Origin: Antedon mediterranea
Lineage: Eukaryota; Animalia; Echinodermata
Direction of reading: 5' to 3'
Assembly (NCBI RefSeq): GCF_964355755.1
Contig: NC_092674.1
Span: 4,588,001 to 4,652,000, forward strand
Length of the DNA: 64,000 nt
Position 1 is the first letter of the stretch. Every line of letters starts with the position of its first letter. A program made the position numbers and the translations under genes. The notes under the pieces are model-generated. The model was not told the DNA's origin. It did not search any database and saw nothing but the letters and a program-made list of their open reading frames with translations. Positions 28,507 to 42,000 of the stretch are shown one piece after another.

Positions 28507-31500
28507 ATTACGCAAACGTGTTTACTTGTTGCAGTGTCACGTGTAGATTGTACTAAATATATTGTATTTGATAATATGGAAAATTTATGTTGTTTAAACT
28601 TAATTTGAAATAATCGTAGACCTATTGATTGTCTCCTATGTCAATCCACGCTTCGTAATCTGATTGACATTATGCCGAATGATGAGAGCATTAATAAAAA
28701 TGTTATTATTCACGAAAGCAAGATCCTTCTCAAATTGTAATTATAACTTTAGTAATAAGTCGGTAAGTAAGGCATAATTATTCTGACCAAGATTTTCAAG
28801 AGAAAAACAAATAAAAAAGTTGAAGCTGCAAATCAAATACGTTTTGAGTATGTACGGGTCGATGTACGGTGGCCTCTTTGTTTCACCTTGTCTGGCAGCC
28901 CACACTATACTTAAATAAATGACAATAACCTAGGTACAATACTGACAATACTTTGAAATATATTACTTATGGTAATCTAGGTTTATTAAGTTTATTTTTA
29001 CGGACTATTTCCATGAATATCATGCCTTATGTGGAGAAACAAGAGCACTTCTGACTAGTGTTTACACTCTGTCGCCACTCTCAATTATACAAGACATCCA
29101 ATGCGTTTAATGTTTTGCTACATTATTCAGTATCAAATCAGTCATTGTAAACGCCATTATTGTATGTAAACTAAACTTCCCCCAAGTCTCTATTGTCTAC
29201 TTTTTTAAACTGCTATGTTAATATTATTTTACTATGTGTGCGCCACTAATAAATTCAGCGTTTTTTAGTCTTCCGACGCAAGTAGTATATGAAACGCCAT
29301 GTATGCCAAAATGTCCATGTTCACACCAGGCAATCTAAATTGGCTTGGTTCACAACCAATTCCACAATGCTATCGTTGTTAGATCGACATAATTGCATTA
29401 AAATCGTGTTTTGAATAGCGAGTCGTTAGTAAAATACGGGAAATGACTATTGATTCGTATTCTGAAATGGATGTCACGATGAATAGAAACACATTGAGTC
29501 ATAAGTGTAAGTAGTGTTGAAATATAATATATGCTAAAACAAAATAATGGTCAGCATTTTCTATTCCATATTGGTGTCTTTTATTCATGCACAAAAAAAT
29601 CAATAATACAATAAAAATACAGAAGCAGCAGAATGTTGTCGTCTTTCTATATTTTTTTATTGAGGTAATATTGTAGAATAAATAATCAGGTTTACACGTA
29701 TTGTTACCGCAGGTCTGGTTTCGACCAGAGAGATGGTAAACAACACATATAGGCCTACAACAACTCCGCGATTGTAGGCCTTCTTCCTCTTCTGTCGCTT
29801 ATGTCCTTCCACGCACATCAGACCTCACTCTTCCCACAGCAGTATCACAATTTGATGTAGGCCAAAATGTACAATTAATTTTGAAATTGAAGTACTGTAA
29901 CAAATAGATTGCTAAAAATAGGCCTATATGAGTTTAAAAAAATACAAAAACCATAATTCCTAATTCCAAACCATAAAAGGTTATTACAAAGTGAAGCTGT
30001 GGAATTCTATATTATTTTTAAGTTAATATATATTATACTTCACTATCTATCTTAAATTGAAAAACAGTTAGGACTATCAGAACATTTTTTTTGAGAATTT
30101 ACAAGTAGAATAAACACATGGGCCTTTCGAAACCTAGTGTATACAATTAATAGACAGTTTTCTAAGTGATTTTTTTATAAAACGTAGTACTGTATGACGT
30201 GAAGAATTTATCAAGTAGGCCTAACACACAACGTTTAAGTCTAACGCATGAACTTAAATCGAAGTTCACATAATTTGGCGCATAATCTCAGCAGAAGATA
30301 GTAAGATCAACTTGACATTAACGACGGTGTGACGTGCACTACTTTTCTCAAACGATTCTAATCGTATGCCATCCTCGTTTATCGGAAGATAAAGTTAAAC
30401 TATTGTGAAGAAATTGACAAAAGTCGTTTTATAACGAAGCAGTGATTGAGAAAATCTATTTGTTCAAAAAAATGTAACAGATAAAATTATTTATGTTAAT
30501 CCTAATCGTTACCATGGTGATATCGGCAACAAGTCGGATCTATTAAAACGCTGCATTTTAATCTTGGTGGAATTAGTTCTCGTCGGCTTAATTCCTCAAT
30601 TATTCATGCGAATCAAAAGATGGCGCTATACAGCTTAGAAAAGCTGTCTTACAGTATTGGTCTCTTATAAACCAATACTAATCCAGTCTAAGTCTTCTAA
30701 TTCATTCATGTCTATCAAGGATACATGATGTTACTATCTTTTTCCATTTGGTCTGCCTTTGCTGATCTTGTTCCTTATGTGATTATCTGCTAAAGGTGGC
30801 GCCCTTTCACGTTTACGCTCGAGTCAGCTCTTTGTAAACCTATTTCCAGAACGCGTAATTTTTTTTTCCAGGACGAACGTGGGCAGAAATCATGAATAAT
30901 TCATGATTAATTATGACATAATAGGGAACATTATAGAGGGCGCTATATACACGCTTCCAGAACGTCTCACATGATATATCTGATTTCCGATTCATAATCT
31001 GGTCCGTCTATTTTTATTTCTTTCAAAATTTGAATTACAAATTTTTGGAATTTTGCTATGAGGGGAAGTAGCCTACATTCAAATTAGGATGGTAATATTT
31101 CCTCTCTGATTCAATATGAATAAAATCACTGTAAGTAGGCCTAACAGATATGGAAATAGTAACAAAAAAAACAACAAAAAACACCAGAATGGAATTCACC
31201 GACTTTAATAAGAAAACAAGTCTACAAAAAGATACTTAGTGATGCCTTTAATATATGATTTTATCGACATAAGCAATCTTAAAAATTTATGAAATTGATG
31301 CATATGAACATTATGAATTGTAATTGTGATATTTAATTTTGAGCGAAAGAATGATTGAATTGGATTCTGTCCAAGATAGCGACAGTTTATGTTTAATGTT
31401 TTGCAACTACTTAATAAGTTACGAATATAAAAAGTTGGCGATGTTGTATGACATTATTTTTTATTTTTTATTTTATTCATTTCGGCAATAAACATAAAAT

Positions 31501-33160
31501 AATAGTTACAAAAACATAGAAAAATAAATATATATGAAGGACAAGACACGAAGCCGAGGAGAGAAAAAAGCATTAAACAAAACGCTGTCACCGGTAAGGT
31601 GTGTCTCTCCAACTATTATTATTGATCGGTATGGGAACAATTATGATTTTCAGAGACATTATAACTATTCAATAGTTACAATGGAAAATGTAGGGATGTT
31701 GCAGGACATTATTGACCGGTTTGAGAACAATTTTGATTCTCATATCAGTGACATAAGAATAAAGACACATATCGGAGCGCGTGCAAACAACGCGCGCGTC
31801 AAATACATGATGGTGTATCTCCTATGTTACGTCACTGACGATCAAGACCAACTTTTAAAGTGAATGAAAACGACGATTCATATTTAATGTCATCCTATAT
31901 ACAAGTATACTGTAGTTTGAATATATCAAGTTAGCCTGTCTAAAAACACTAATAAAGTGATTTCTAGGCGTTTTCCCATTTCCGAAGAGTGTAAGAATGT
32001 AAAATTAAATCACCTTGTTGGATTCAGATGCATTATAAAAGTGTCTGTAGTCATTTCCACACTGATGGATCAAAAGTTAGAGAATGCGGATCGTTCCCGA
32101 ACCTAATAAGGGCATTTTGTGCAACTCAATGAAATGTATGTCAGACTAACTTTCAATAAAAACAAAATTGACAAATTGCCGATTAACAAACAGGTGAGTG
32201 GTAAATGTTGTTCTTTGATGAACTATTGAAACTGAAAACTAAGGTATGTTCTCCACTAGGATAGTGTATGTACAATCGAACAACTCTGAAGATTGTATCT
32301 TAATGCAATTCCTCCTGTACAATTGTAACGACATTTACAGATATAAACCTATAAAATGTAGACCTAGACGTAATTAAAACAACTTGTCTGTTACAAGAAA
32401 AAAAAGGTGCACGAATAACACATAAAACTAGAAGACTATCGGGACAATAAAATAATCGCTTTGGTTTTCTTAACGCTCTTTCTAATTTTCCGCTGTAAAA
32501 GACTTTTTAAATTATGATGCTCTTCTCCTAAACAATATAAGAACAATTACAAGTATGGACATTTTGCGGGAAGGTTATATTTTTATTATGTATCAAAGAA
32601 GCAAAATAATTATACGTTAGAAATACACGTGTGATTTAATAGCATTGGAGTGTGTGTTATCTCTCTACCTATTCTCATGACTACTGTCGGATTGTAAACT
32701 CTACACTAACGCTTTATATTACCGCAATAACAATAATTTCTATCTTTATTCATATCAGCAGAAAGTAAGACGTGATGTTTTTTGTTAAATGCCATTCTAA
32801 ACTAATTTCATTGAATTCCATTTAAATACTGAACTATGAACAGATACATTTTAGTTAAACTTATTACAACAGGAAGAATATATCAATTTAGATTAGTGAT
32901 TGAAATGTATCTGCTAGACGTGGGGACATCTTCTATACGTGTAAGCAATACACTTATCAGCTCAATGCAGGAGTCGTATTAAAACAAAACAAATTTACAT
33001 CTTTATTTAAGCTTTTACTCATCCAGTAGGATAATGACAAACTCATTAAATAAAATTAACCATTGGATTGTGATTACGTGTAATCATCTAATTTTAATGA
33101 CATAAAGAAGAACGCCACAGGGAAGATAAAATGCAAAGAATCTATACGGAAGGTTTCTTA

Positions 33161-33339
33161 AGCTTGGTTCCCACTAGAACGTAACGCAAGGACGTAAACG
33201 CAACGCACGCGTTTTATCCAATGACAAGCGAAGTTATAGACAGTTAGCAATCACAAGCGAATAAGCCATCGCTTGTGATTGGTCAATTAATTTGCGTTGC
33301 GTTACGTCCTTGAGTTGCGTCGCTAGTGGGAACCACGCT
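33161..33339. mobile_element. MITE B copy (reverse orientation)
   Basis: TTA TSD on both sides. Confidence 0.88.
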
Positions 33340-36300
33340 TTAAGAGGCGGGGTCTCGCCCTTCTGTATTAAAACCGATACTATGTATAATATCAATGAAA
33401 ATTCCTGATCTATCTCAAACAAAATGAACATCTACACATTCAAGATCTATACCACCATATTATACGAATAAGCAAAACTGACCTGAAAACGAAACAATAT
33501 GTTTGATCTGCGTCTATATAATTGGTCTCTTTCCACCTACCTCTCCATCCCCCTCCTCCTAAGCACAAATTATCCGCCCATTCCACACGGAACGACCCGA
33601 GCGAATCGACCAGAACGACCCGAGCGAATCGACCAGATCGAATCGACCTCCCACAGTAAACATATCTTTCTTAAGATAAACATAATGAAAGCTTAGGCCA
33701 ACTGGTAAATTCGTATTACTATTTCATTGTATATGATGATCCAAAAACACTGTATGTAATATGTACTAAACACAAAACACAGCTCACGAAAAGGTACATG
33801 TTCAAACGTGGCGCCTCGCGATGTGATGCCGTTACGGTAATCATTAGCCTACTACTACTCTACACAAACCGGTTTGGTCAGTTACATAGTCCGAGAGGCC
33901 TAGCGGAATACACTTAGGCCTACTTACAAAATGCACTAAAATAAGGTTACTTACCATTTTATTAACTCCAAATTCCATGATTGTTTAAAAGTTAGAAGCG
34001 TATATAAATTCACTTTATTGTATATTTATTAGTCACAGCCCTACAATATTTATACCACCAACAATAGAAATGTTTACTACAGTATCAATGTTTAAGCATC
34101 AAAACGAGGCGCCCTCTTTTCAGATTTTAAAAGAAATAATTGGTGGGTTGGTTCCCGGCATAAAGTTTGTAAGACTTCAGAGATGTCACCATTCGATTAA
34201 TTAGATTCTCACGTCAAAATTACGGTTCGTTTTGACCCTTGATGCGTTTAGCTTCGCATGTGGATTGGTTCAATGCGCACTGGCCTAAAGCCTGATTCCC
34301 ACTAGGACGCAACGCAAGGACCTAAGCGTTTCCGTCGTTGCGCCTGCGTCTGCGTCCTTGCGTTGCGTCTCTCTAGTGAAAACCACGCTTTAGGGATAGA
34401 ACGTACGGGGTTGTGTTTGTTTGAGGCCTCTAAGACACCTACGTATTTTAACTAAAAAAACAAGGGTGCAGAGATGTATACATATTTTGCATTCTTGTTG
34501 ATTTAGAAAGAAGTATATAAATTATCATGTAACCTGTCAAATATTAATACATACATGAAAAATGTTACCTCATTAGTTGGTTCTCCATCAACAACAACGC
34601 GCGCCTGCCAATTTTAATTGATAGTAAATGATTTAAAGAGACAACGTCGACGAGATAAGATTGTATCAATTAGGAACATCAGCACCAACATTAAAATAAA
34701 TGACTCAGGTTTGCCATGATTTAGTGTACAATTATTCAGGTCGGTATTCGTGTAGGACTGAATAAATGAAAATATTTTACATTTTAAATACATAATTTGT
34801 ATATGGTTTGACCATAAGACAAATCGATACATCGGTACATCGTTATTAGTATGAGTATGTACAAACGATGTATCGTTCATGATATGATCTTTTACAATTT
34901 TCATATTGATTTTAATATTTTTCTGAGACAGATTACCTCTAATAAGAACATTGATTATTTTACGTATCAATTTAAATTATTGTTTTAATTTTTATTTGCT
35001 TTTCTGAATTTTGCTTTTTGATAAAAATCTATCAACAAAAAAGAATTGAACTGAACAAAGTAGACTCTAATGTGTATGATATAATTCAAATTTACTGTAT
35101 ATGTTATAGATATTATATAAAATGTGAACCTACTCGAAGGTATATATCAAAATTGTGATATACAGTTGGATCTTGTTTGAAGGCCTACTTATTATGATCG
35201 AATATTACAACCGAAAAAAATTGAAGCGAGAGATCGTGGATTTATAGCTACAGGTCGTAATAATAATTGAACTGCGAGCCAATATAAAGGAGGGTGTAAA
35301 GATGTTTATATCCAATCAGGTTTGGGAATACAATGGATGGATGGAAAAGCTTGTGGTGTAATGATATGACGATATCTACTTATGAAACAGAATAATTCGA
35401 ATATCGGTTGGGGTGATAGTATTCACGCTTGCCAATTTACGCTTTATTGATTCATTATCATATCTTTATTACTTAATAATAATAATATACAATATAATAA
35501 TAATACATTACTTTAGATGAAGTCTTTACATTGATAAATACATAAATGGATACATACATAAATTGATATTACACATATATTTTGATTATGCATTATAATA
35601 GATATTAAAATATTACCAATCTCAGTCTCAGTACTGCAAGTTAGAGTAAATATATTTACTTTAACAATCTGTCGAAATAAATTCTACTATTAATTACATT
35701 TTTTACGAGATTGCGTGCTTAGAAACTTGTTACAGGCATGAACTGCATAATGAGACCGTTCGAGATTTCCTAGCCGCGTGTCTTACTCTGCGAGCGGCAA
35801 AGCCAGCTAGCATTATTATATAGGTGACGTATTAGATATAAAATGTTTCCGACATTTCTTCACTTATATCCCTGTAATTATAGTAGGCCTACACTCAGGC
35901 CTATATCTATTTATGTTTGCTATTGTAGCTAGGCCCAGACGCTGCTACTATCAGCCTTCCAGACGGTCTCGGCCTACTCCAATCCGAAATGCATCATGGG
36001 TAAAGGCATAATCTACAACGTTTACGCTTGTCTTTTGTAATCTTCAATTAAAATCGACGAATATGCTGACAACCCATAAAATTAAATATTAATTAATATT
36101 AATTATATAATGAAAACTGGATATCAACATTACGTAACAGGACAAGGTGGTAGGCCTGTCTGTCCCTTGCATGTAAAGCAAATTAAAATACCAACTTTGT
36201 TTCGATTACTTTACATGTCGTTGACAACAATATTCCGTGATAAATCCAAAAATGTACTTATTTTATTATACTCACCTGGTTCGTCTGTCAACGAGAACTC

Positions 36301-36792
36301 GTCCTCTACGCATATAAGTTTTCGCCATAATTCTCAAAATCTTGTAAAACACAAGGAATTATATTTACACACAAGATAAAAACAATTTTAAATCAAAATA
36401 GACAACTATGCGGCAATAGCTGATCTATCGGTTAAAATCCATACTGGCTTCAGGAGCAGAAAGAACATCTTGATTTCATTGGCTACAGTGCGGTGTTAAC
36501 ACAACTCATGCTATACACTAAATGTAGCAATAAAACACAGAGCAAACAGAATCATACATCAAAATACGGATAGTAAAGAAAACGACACGGAGACGTTACC
36601 TGTGCATAAAGCACACCACGTGATTGCTGCATATATAAACGCTACGATTTTCAAATTTTATTACAAAGCGAGCAGATTTTCATAGAGGGAAATTAGTCCG
36701 ATAAGTGAATAAGATAGACTCGTAACTTTAGATTTTTTTTGTGTATTGTGTGTGATTTTGATCTGAGTAATCATAAAGTCCGAATCGAGGTT

Positions 36793-36915
36793 TGTAGTCG
36801 CATAAAAACACGACTCTACAGCTCACTATGTCGGTCGGTTGGTTGGTCGGTCGGTAAACACTAAACTCAAATTTGCGCACGCAACTGCAGCCATGTAGGC
36901 CTATATGACCTTGTT
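36793..36915 (-). mobile_element. HINE-like element copy
   Basis: Colinear with 15449-15560. Confidence 0.65.
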
Positions 36916-38910
36916 TTTTTATATTAGCGGAATGCAGTGTTAGAAACACTGACCGTATTCACCATTCACACTAAGGCTAGTGGAAACACCCTTACAAATA
37001 AAAAAAAATCGTATCTAAGAGAATACAATATAAAAGAAATACTTATTGAGTTAAGTAAAATACTTAATAATTAAGGAAAATATCTCTGTGTGATTGGTGA
37101 ATATATGACCACAGGACTTTTAAGTGGGGCTTGCCCAGAGCCTAAAAATTGTAACATTAAGTGCTGGAACTAGTGTTCTAACTTTTAAATCGAGCTTTCC
37201 AATTTCCCACACCACTTCCTGACGATTCTCTGCACTATCTTAATTTCTTCAACATACCAATATCATAGGAACAACTGATGGAATGGTTTAAAAGTTTAGA
37301 TAAAACAAATGTCACATGGAACCCTTTGTATTTAGGAATTAGAACTGCATAAATCATGACAATGGCATAGAAACAATACGAGAATCCAATACACCATAAA
37401 AAAACAATGCTGGCAGCAATAGGAAATAGATCTTATAGATTATTAAGATATACATTTATTTTATCTTTAATTCATATAATAAAATTAAATAGATCTAGGT
37501 ATTAAGCCACCGTTGACAAATCCCTCGTTCTTCATATCAGTTATGGCAACTTAAGTTTCATCGATATATAACTGTATATTATAATAATGATATATTTATT
37601 ATACTTCCCCAAGAGGTTGTCGTCTTGAAATGTTATTACGATTCCAAACGACAGTAATCCAAAACTCTAATTATAATCATACTTTGGTTGAATATTGCAA
37701 TAAACCATAAAGGTGACCGTTTACATATCCTAAGATTTACAGAGATTTAGAAACTTGTTCAAGATATGTAGAAAATACACTGACTGATAATGCCAATGTA
37801 AATCTTCCAATATGTTCATAATACATCGAAACGATGTTTGTATGCTGCATGCTATATACTCGAATTGGGGTTGCTGCAAACTAGAGCAGTTGCGCATGCG
37901 CTGGACGCATTTTATCAAAGTCTACCTACACGCCGAACGGGAACGCGTATTCATTTGCTCTTAGAAATTGCTAGGATATTCACATAAAAAAATGTTCGCG
38001 CATTAATTTCTTTCGAGACAGAATCACTATAGTGGGTTAACCTGTAAAACAAGTAATCAGCGACGCACACATTCAAATGCTGGTAAACAAATAACGATTT
38101 TTTTGTACGCGCGCGTCACTCCGTCTCGTAAATGTTTCAGTGTTACGGGTATTAATTTTACGATTTAATGGCGGCCATTAAAAACAATACGTTCTACACA
38201 TATCTCGCAGGTTGTAAAACCCTTTGCTCAATGAAACAGCTATATATAAAAAGCGATTTATTATAGAATATCAATTTTTGAGACATTTTTCAGAATATAA
38301 TATAATACGGACTATCAAAATATCATTACGCTCAAAATCAATGTTCTCCCACGTATAGTTACTGTCTAAATATCAGACAATATTGAACCACGTTAAAATA
38401 TAACTATAGTATACACCTCAGAGAAATGTATATGAATATCAAAGAATCGCTGTAAAGCACTACGAATGTACTTATTTTCACGATGTACTCGCGACTAAAC
38501 AGTTGTCGAGTCAAAAAGTCATTCTCAGAGAAACACAGAATTTGACTAAAACAAAAAGTCGCAAAAACAAATGCATCAAAATGCCAGAAAATTAGCATGG
38601 TTTAAAATGATCATGATTATTTTCAAGCAACGGAAGAAACAAATCGATCTGTTTCAGGTTTAAAATACCGATACGCCCGACAAGTTCATCGTCAGTGAAA
38701 ATAGCAACGTGTGTTAGATATAGTTGATTTATAGCGATTAGCTTTGCATCAATTCTTTGAAAAAATGATAAAAATAATGATATACCACAACGCTTAGACG
38801 CATATATGAGGCGAGAGGTGCGTTGTCCATCCAACAGTGTAAAAATTAATCGCATTATAAAATGTAAAAAGAAAATATTCAAAATTCTCATTTGAAACAA
38901 TAATTGTGTT

Positions 38911-39069
38911 CTACGGTTCTTTCTTCAGGCTTTCCAGAAGTGCATGCATCCACAGTGCCACGGCAGAGGCTCCGGGGTCTTGTTTAGTTATAAGTTGTGC
39001 ATTAACGTAGCTAGCCCTGCCAGCCCTGGCTTTCATCGACGCAGTTTCTGATGCGGCTTTGTCTGCGGC
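38911..39069 (-). CDS. TKFC: TKFC terminal exon 15 (…AGRASY…DPGA…EP*)
   Basis: DhaL C-terminal motifs; TAG stop. Confidence 0.93.
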   Translation of the reverse strand, partial: AADKAASETASMKARAGRASYVNAQLITKQDPGASAVALWMHALLESLKKEP

Positions 39070-42000
39070 CTAAATGTAAACAATTTAGACAACATAAAAC
39101 TGAGTTCTATTTTGGCTTTTTTTCGGTATAAATGAGTTATTCTAGTTAATTTAGGTAAAATAAATATATACAATAGAAAAAAACCCAGAACAACCTTCAC
39201 AGCCTTTTCCAACAGAGAAGTCCAATCTTTACTGCTGTTCGTATCGTTAACGAATGTTTTATGTGCGGCATGCAACGGATCGAGCTGAGATTAAAAATTA
39301 GAAAAAAAAAACAATTTAAAACTATGTAGTGTGAAAAGTTGTAAGACATCCAACTTACATTGCAACAAAACCAATTTAATGAAAAGCTGCAACATACAAA
39401 AAATTAAACGAAAGTTGCAACAGAGCCAATTTGCAAGAAAGTTGCAACAAAACCAATTTTGAAGGAAAGTGGCAACAGAACCAATTTACTGGAAAGTTGC
39501 AACAGAACCAACTTACTGGAAAGTTGCAACATAACCAATTTGCAGGAAAGTTGCAACAGAACCAATTTGCAGGAAAGTTGCAACAAAAATAATTTGTAAG
39601 AAAGTTGCAAGAAAACCAATTTGCAAGAAAGTTGCAACAGAACCAATTTGCAAGAAAGTTGCAACAGAACTAATTTACTGGAAAGTTGCAACAGAACCAA
39701 TTTACTGGAAAGTTGCAACAGAACCAATTTGCAGGAAAGTTGCAACAAAACAAATTTGCAGGGAAGGTATAGCAACAGAACCAATTTACAAGAAAGTTTC
39801 AACAGAACCAATTTGCAAGAAAGTTGCAACAGAATCAATTTGCAGGAAAGTTGCAACAAAACAAATTTGCAGGGAAAGTATAGCAACAGAACCAATTTAC
39901 TGGAAAGTTGCAACAGAACCAATTTACTGGAAAGTTGTAACAGAGCCAATTTACTGGAAGGTTGCAACAGACCCAATTTACTGGAAAGTTGGAACAGAAG
40001 CAATTTGCAAGAAATTTGCAACAGAACCAATTTGCAGAAAATTTGCAACAGAACCAATTTGCAGGAAAGTTGCAACAAAACACATTTGCAGGGAAAGTAG
40101 CAACAGAGTCAATTTTACTCATTCTACTTTCTTACACTGCTATCATAGTAGGAGTCTATGCCTACTTCTAGAAAGACAACTAGTTTGTCTAAACCTTTAT
40201 TTCTCATTCTGTATTCACATCAAGTTCGTTATTCGCAAAGCACACATGACTTTAGGAGTTTCAACGTTTACACTATTAGTCGAAAAATCTATTAGCAAGA
40301 CAATAAAATGCAAATATAGCATGCGAGACCTGATTGTACAGTACAGTTAACCTTTCAGTTATATTATTCGAAATTGATTTTTCTTAGTTTTATTCCTCAT
40401 AAAACTAGTATGGAAATCCATCGGATAAATCAACGGAACATGAAAGTGCACATTCTGGGAAACTAAAATAAATTCTTGTACATTGTTATTGAACCTTATT
40501 TGGGAATATAATCTCTCCTTACTTATATGTTAAATAACTAATGAATTCTTCCCGTATTTTATCTATTAAATCAATTTACATAGAGGAAATCCTCAAATTA
40601 AATGCAAGTTTTTAAACTTATGGAATGACATTGATCTAGTTCTAAATCAAGTAGTACTGGGTGTGTTTCTAAATTTAGTTATTGGTGCTTGTCACTGTTT
40701 TGTTTTTATTGTACTTTTTATAATAATCCTTACTATGTTTCTGATATTAATATTTATATATATATATACATATTTTAATATAAATCCAAAGACAAATTAC
40801 TGAAAAAAATGACAATGATGTGGGTATCAGTGGCTGGATCTCAATGGAGATACAAAAAAAAAGCGAAAAGCTCAATGAAAACGATAAGTAAAACAGCCAA
40901 AAAAGTTAACAGAGCTTTCGGGCAACACTAGCCCTTCATCAGTGCAAGTGAAGAAATTTGTATAACGTCATTGTATAAGAGCTGGCAAGTGCTGCCTGGG
41001 AGGACAGGAATAAAAGCAATACAACTAGGGAGCCAGGGTGGAGTCTGAATAAGAGTAGAAAATAACTCTGAGCCAATGAATTTCTCCTTCAATACAATTA
41101 TTCTGATTCTGATTCAAATGCTCTTTCTCTAGTCTAAATAATTTCAAAAGATTGATTTCTGTTATTATTTAAGCTTTCCTTGTAAGACATAGACATCGCT
41201 TTATTCATCCATAAATTTGGAAATTGTTGCTGTAGTTAGTATTTAAAACTGTGAATTTATGTTTCATTTTCCAGTAGTGTTAGTTATGTTGGGTAGCCGA
41301 GTGGTTAGGACACTTGACTGTCATACAGAGAGACCCGAGTTCAATTCCTGACTACAAGTACTAGTCTACTCTCAACTATAAATGAGTAGGCCTACCTGGT
41401 TGAAAATTCTAGAGATGATACAATGTGCTCCTAACAGCTCATTACCCTACGTTCAGTAGGTATACGGGGTTTATCTTACCATTACATTTACAGTACGTTA
41501 TGTTTAATCTATTCCTATTGCTAATTGTTTTGATCTCTAATTTTGCATCATATTTCTCTCATACGACCAACCTCGTGGAAGCTTCGATTACAAATAAAGA
41601 TTATTATAATATCACATTGCCACATTGAACTCTGTCTATATAGTATCAAACTACTTTGACAAAAAAGTGTGATGTGCCCAAATAAAATATCATCATTTCC
41701 ATATATGGGCACAACACATTTTTTTGTCACAGAAAGTTTGATGTAGGCATTTATAGGCTTGCTTCCATGGTACCTTTCATTTATTTCGCCGATTCTGGTT
41801 AAATACCCATTTATACCTCTCGCTAAATATTTACAATGGCGGTAAGCCTACAATCTCATCATACTAATGTTATCCTTCATTAAGCTCAGTTCACACTGAG
41901 CCCGGAAAACGTAACTAGCACGGATTTTTATCTGGTCACCAGACTGGAATCCGGGCTCAATATGAACGTAGCTTTAATTCGTCGTAGGTAGATTATTCAT

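Noticed and set aside
31534-31863. 109-aa ORF (also 34614..34970 and 38592..38900)
   Set aside because: No recognisable domain; AT-rich random composition
37150-37460. Degenerate LINE RT fragment on minus (IGMLKKLR, VLIPKYK-like)
   Set aside because: Too short and disrupted to support without a search
39404-40171. Long repetitive ORFs (224, 159, 95, 69 aa)
   Set aside because: By-products of a 27-bp tandem repeat inside a TKFC intron
41291-41352. tRNA-Asp gene
   Set aside because: No convincing acceptor stem; continues into a SINE-type body
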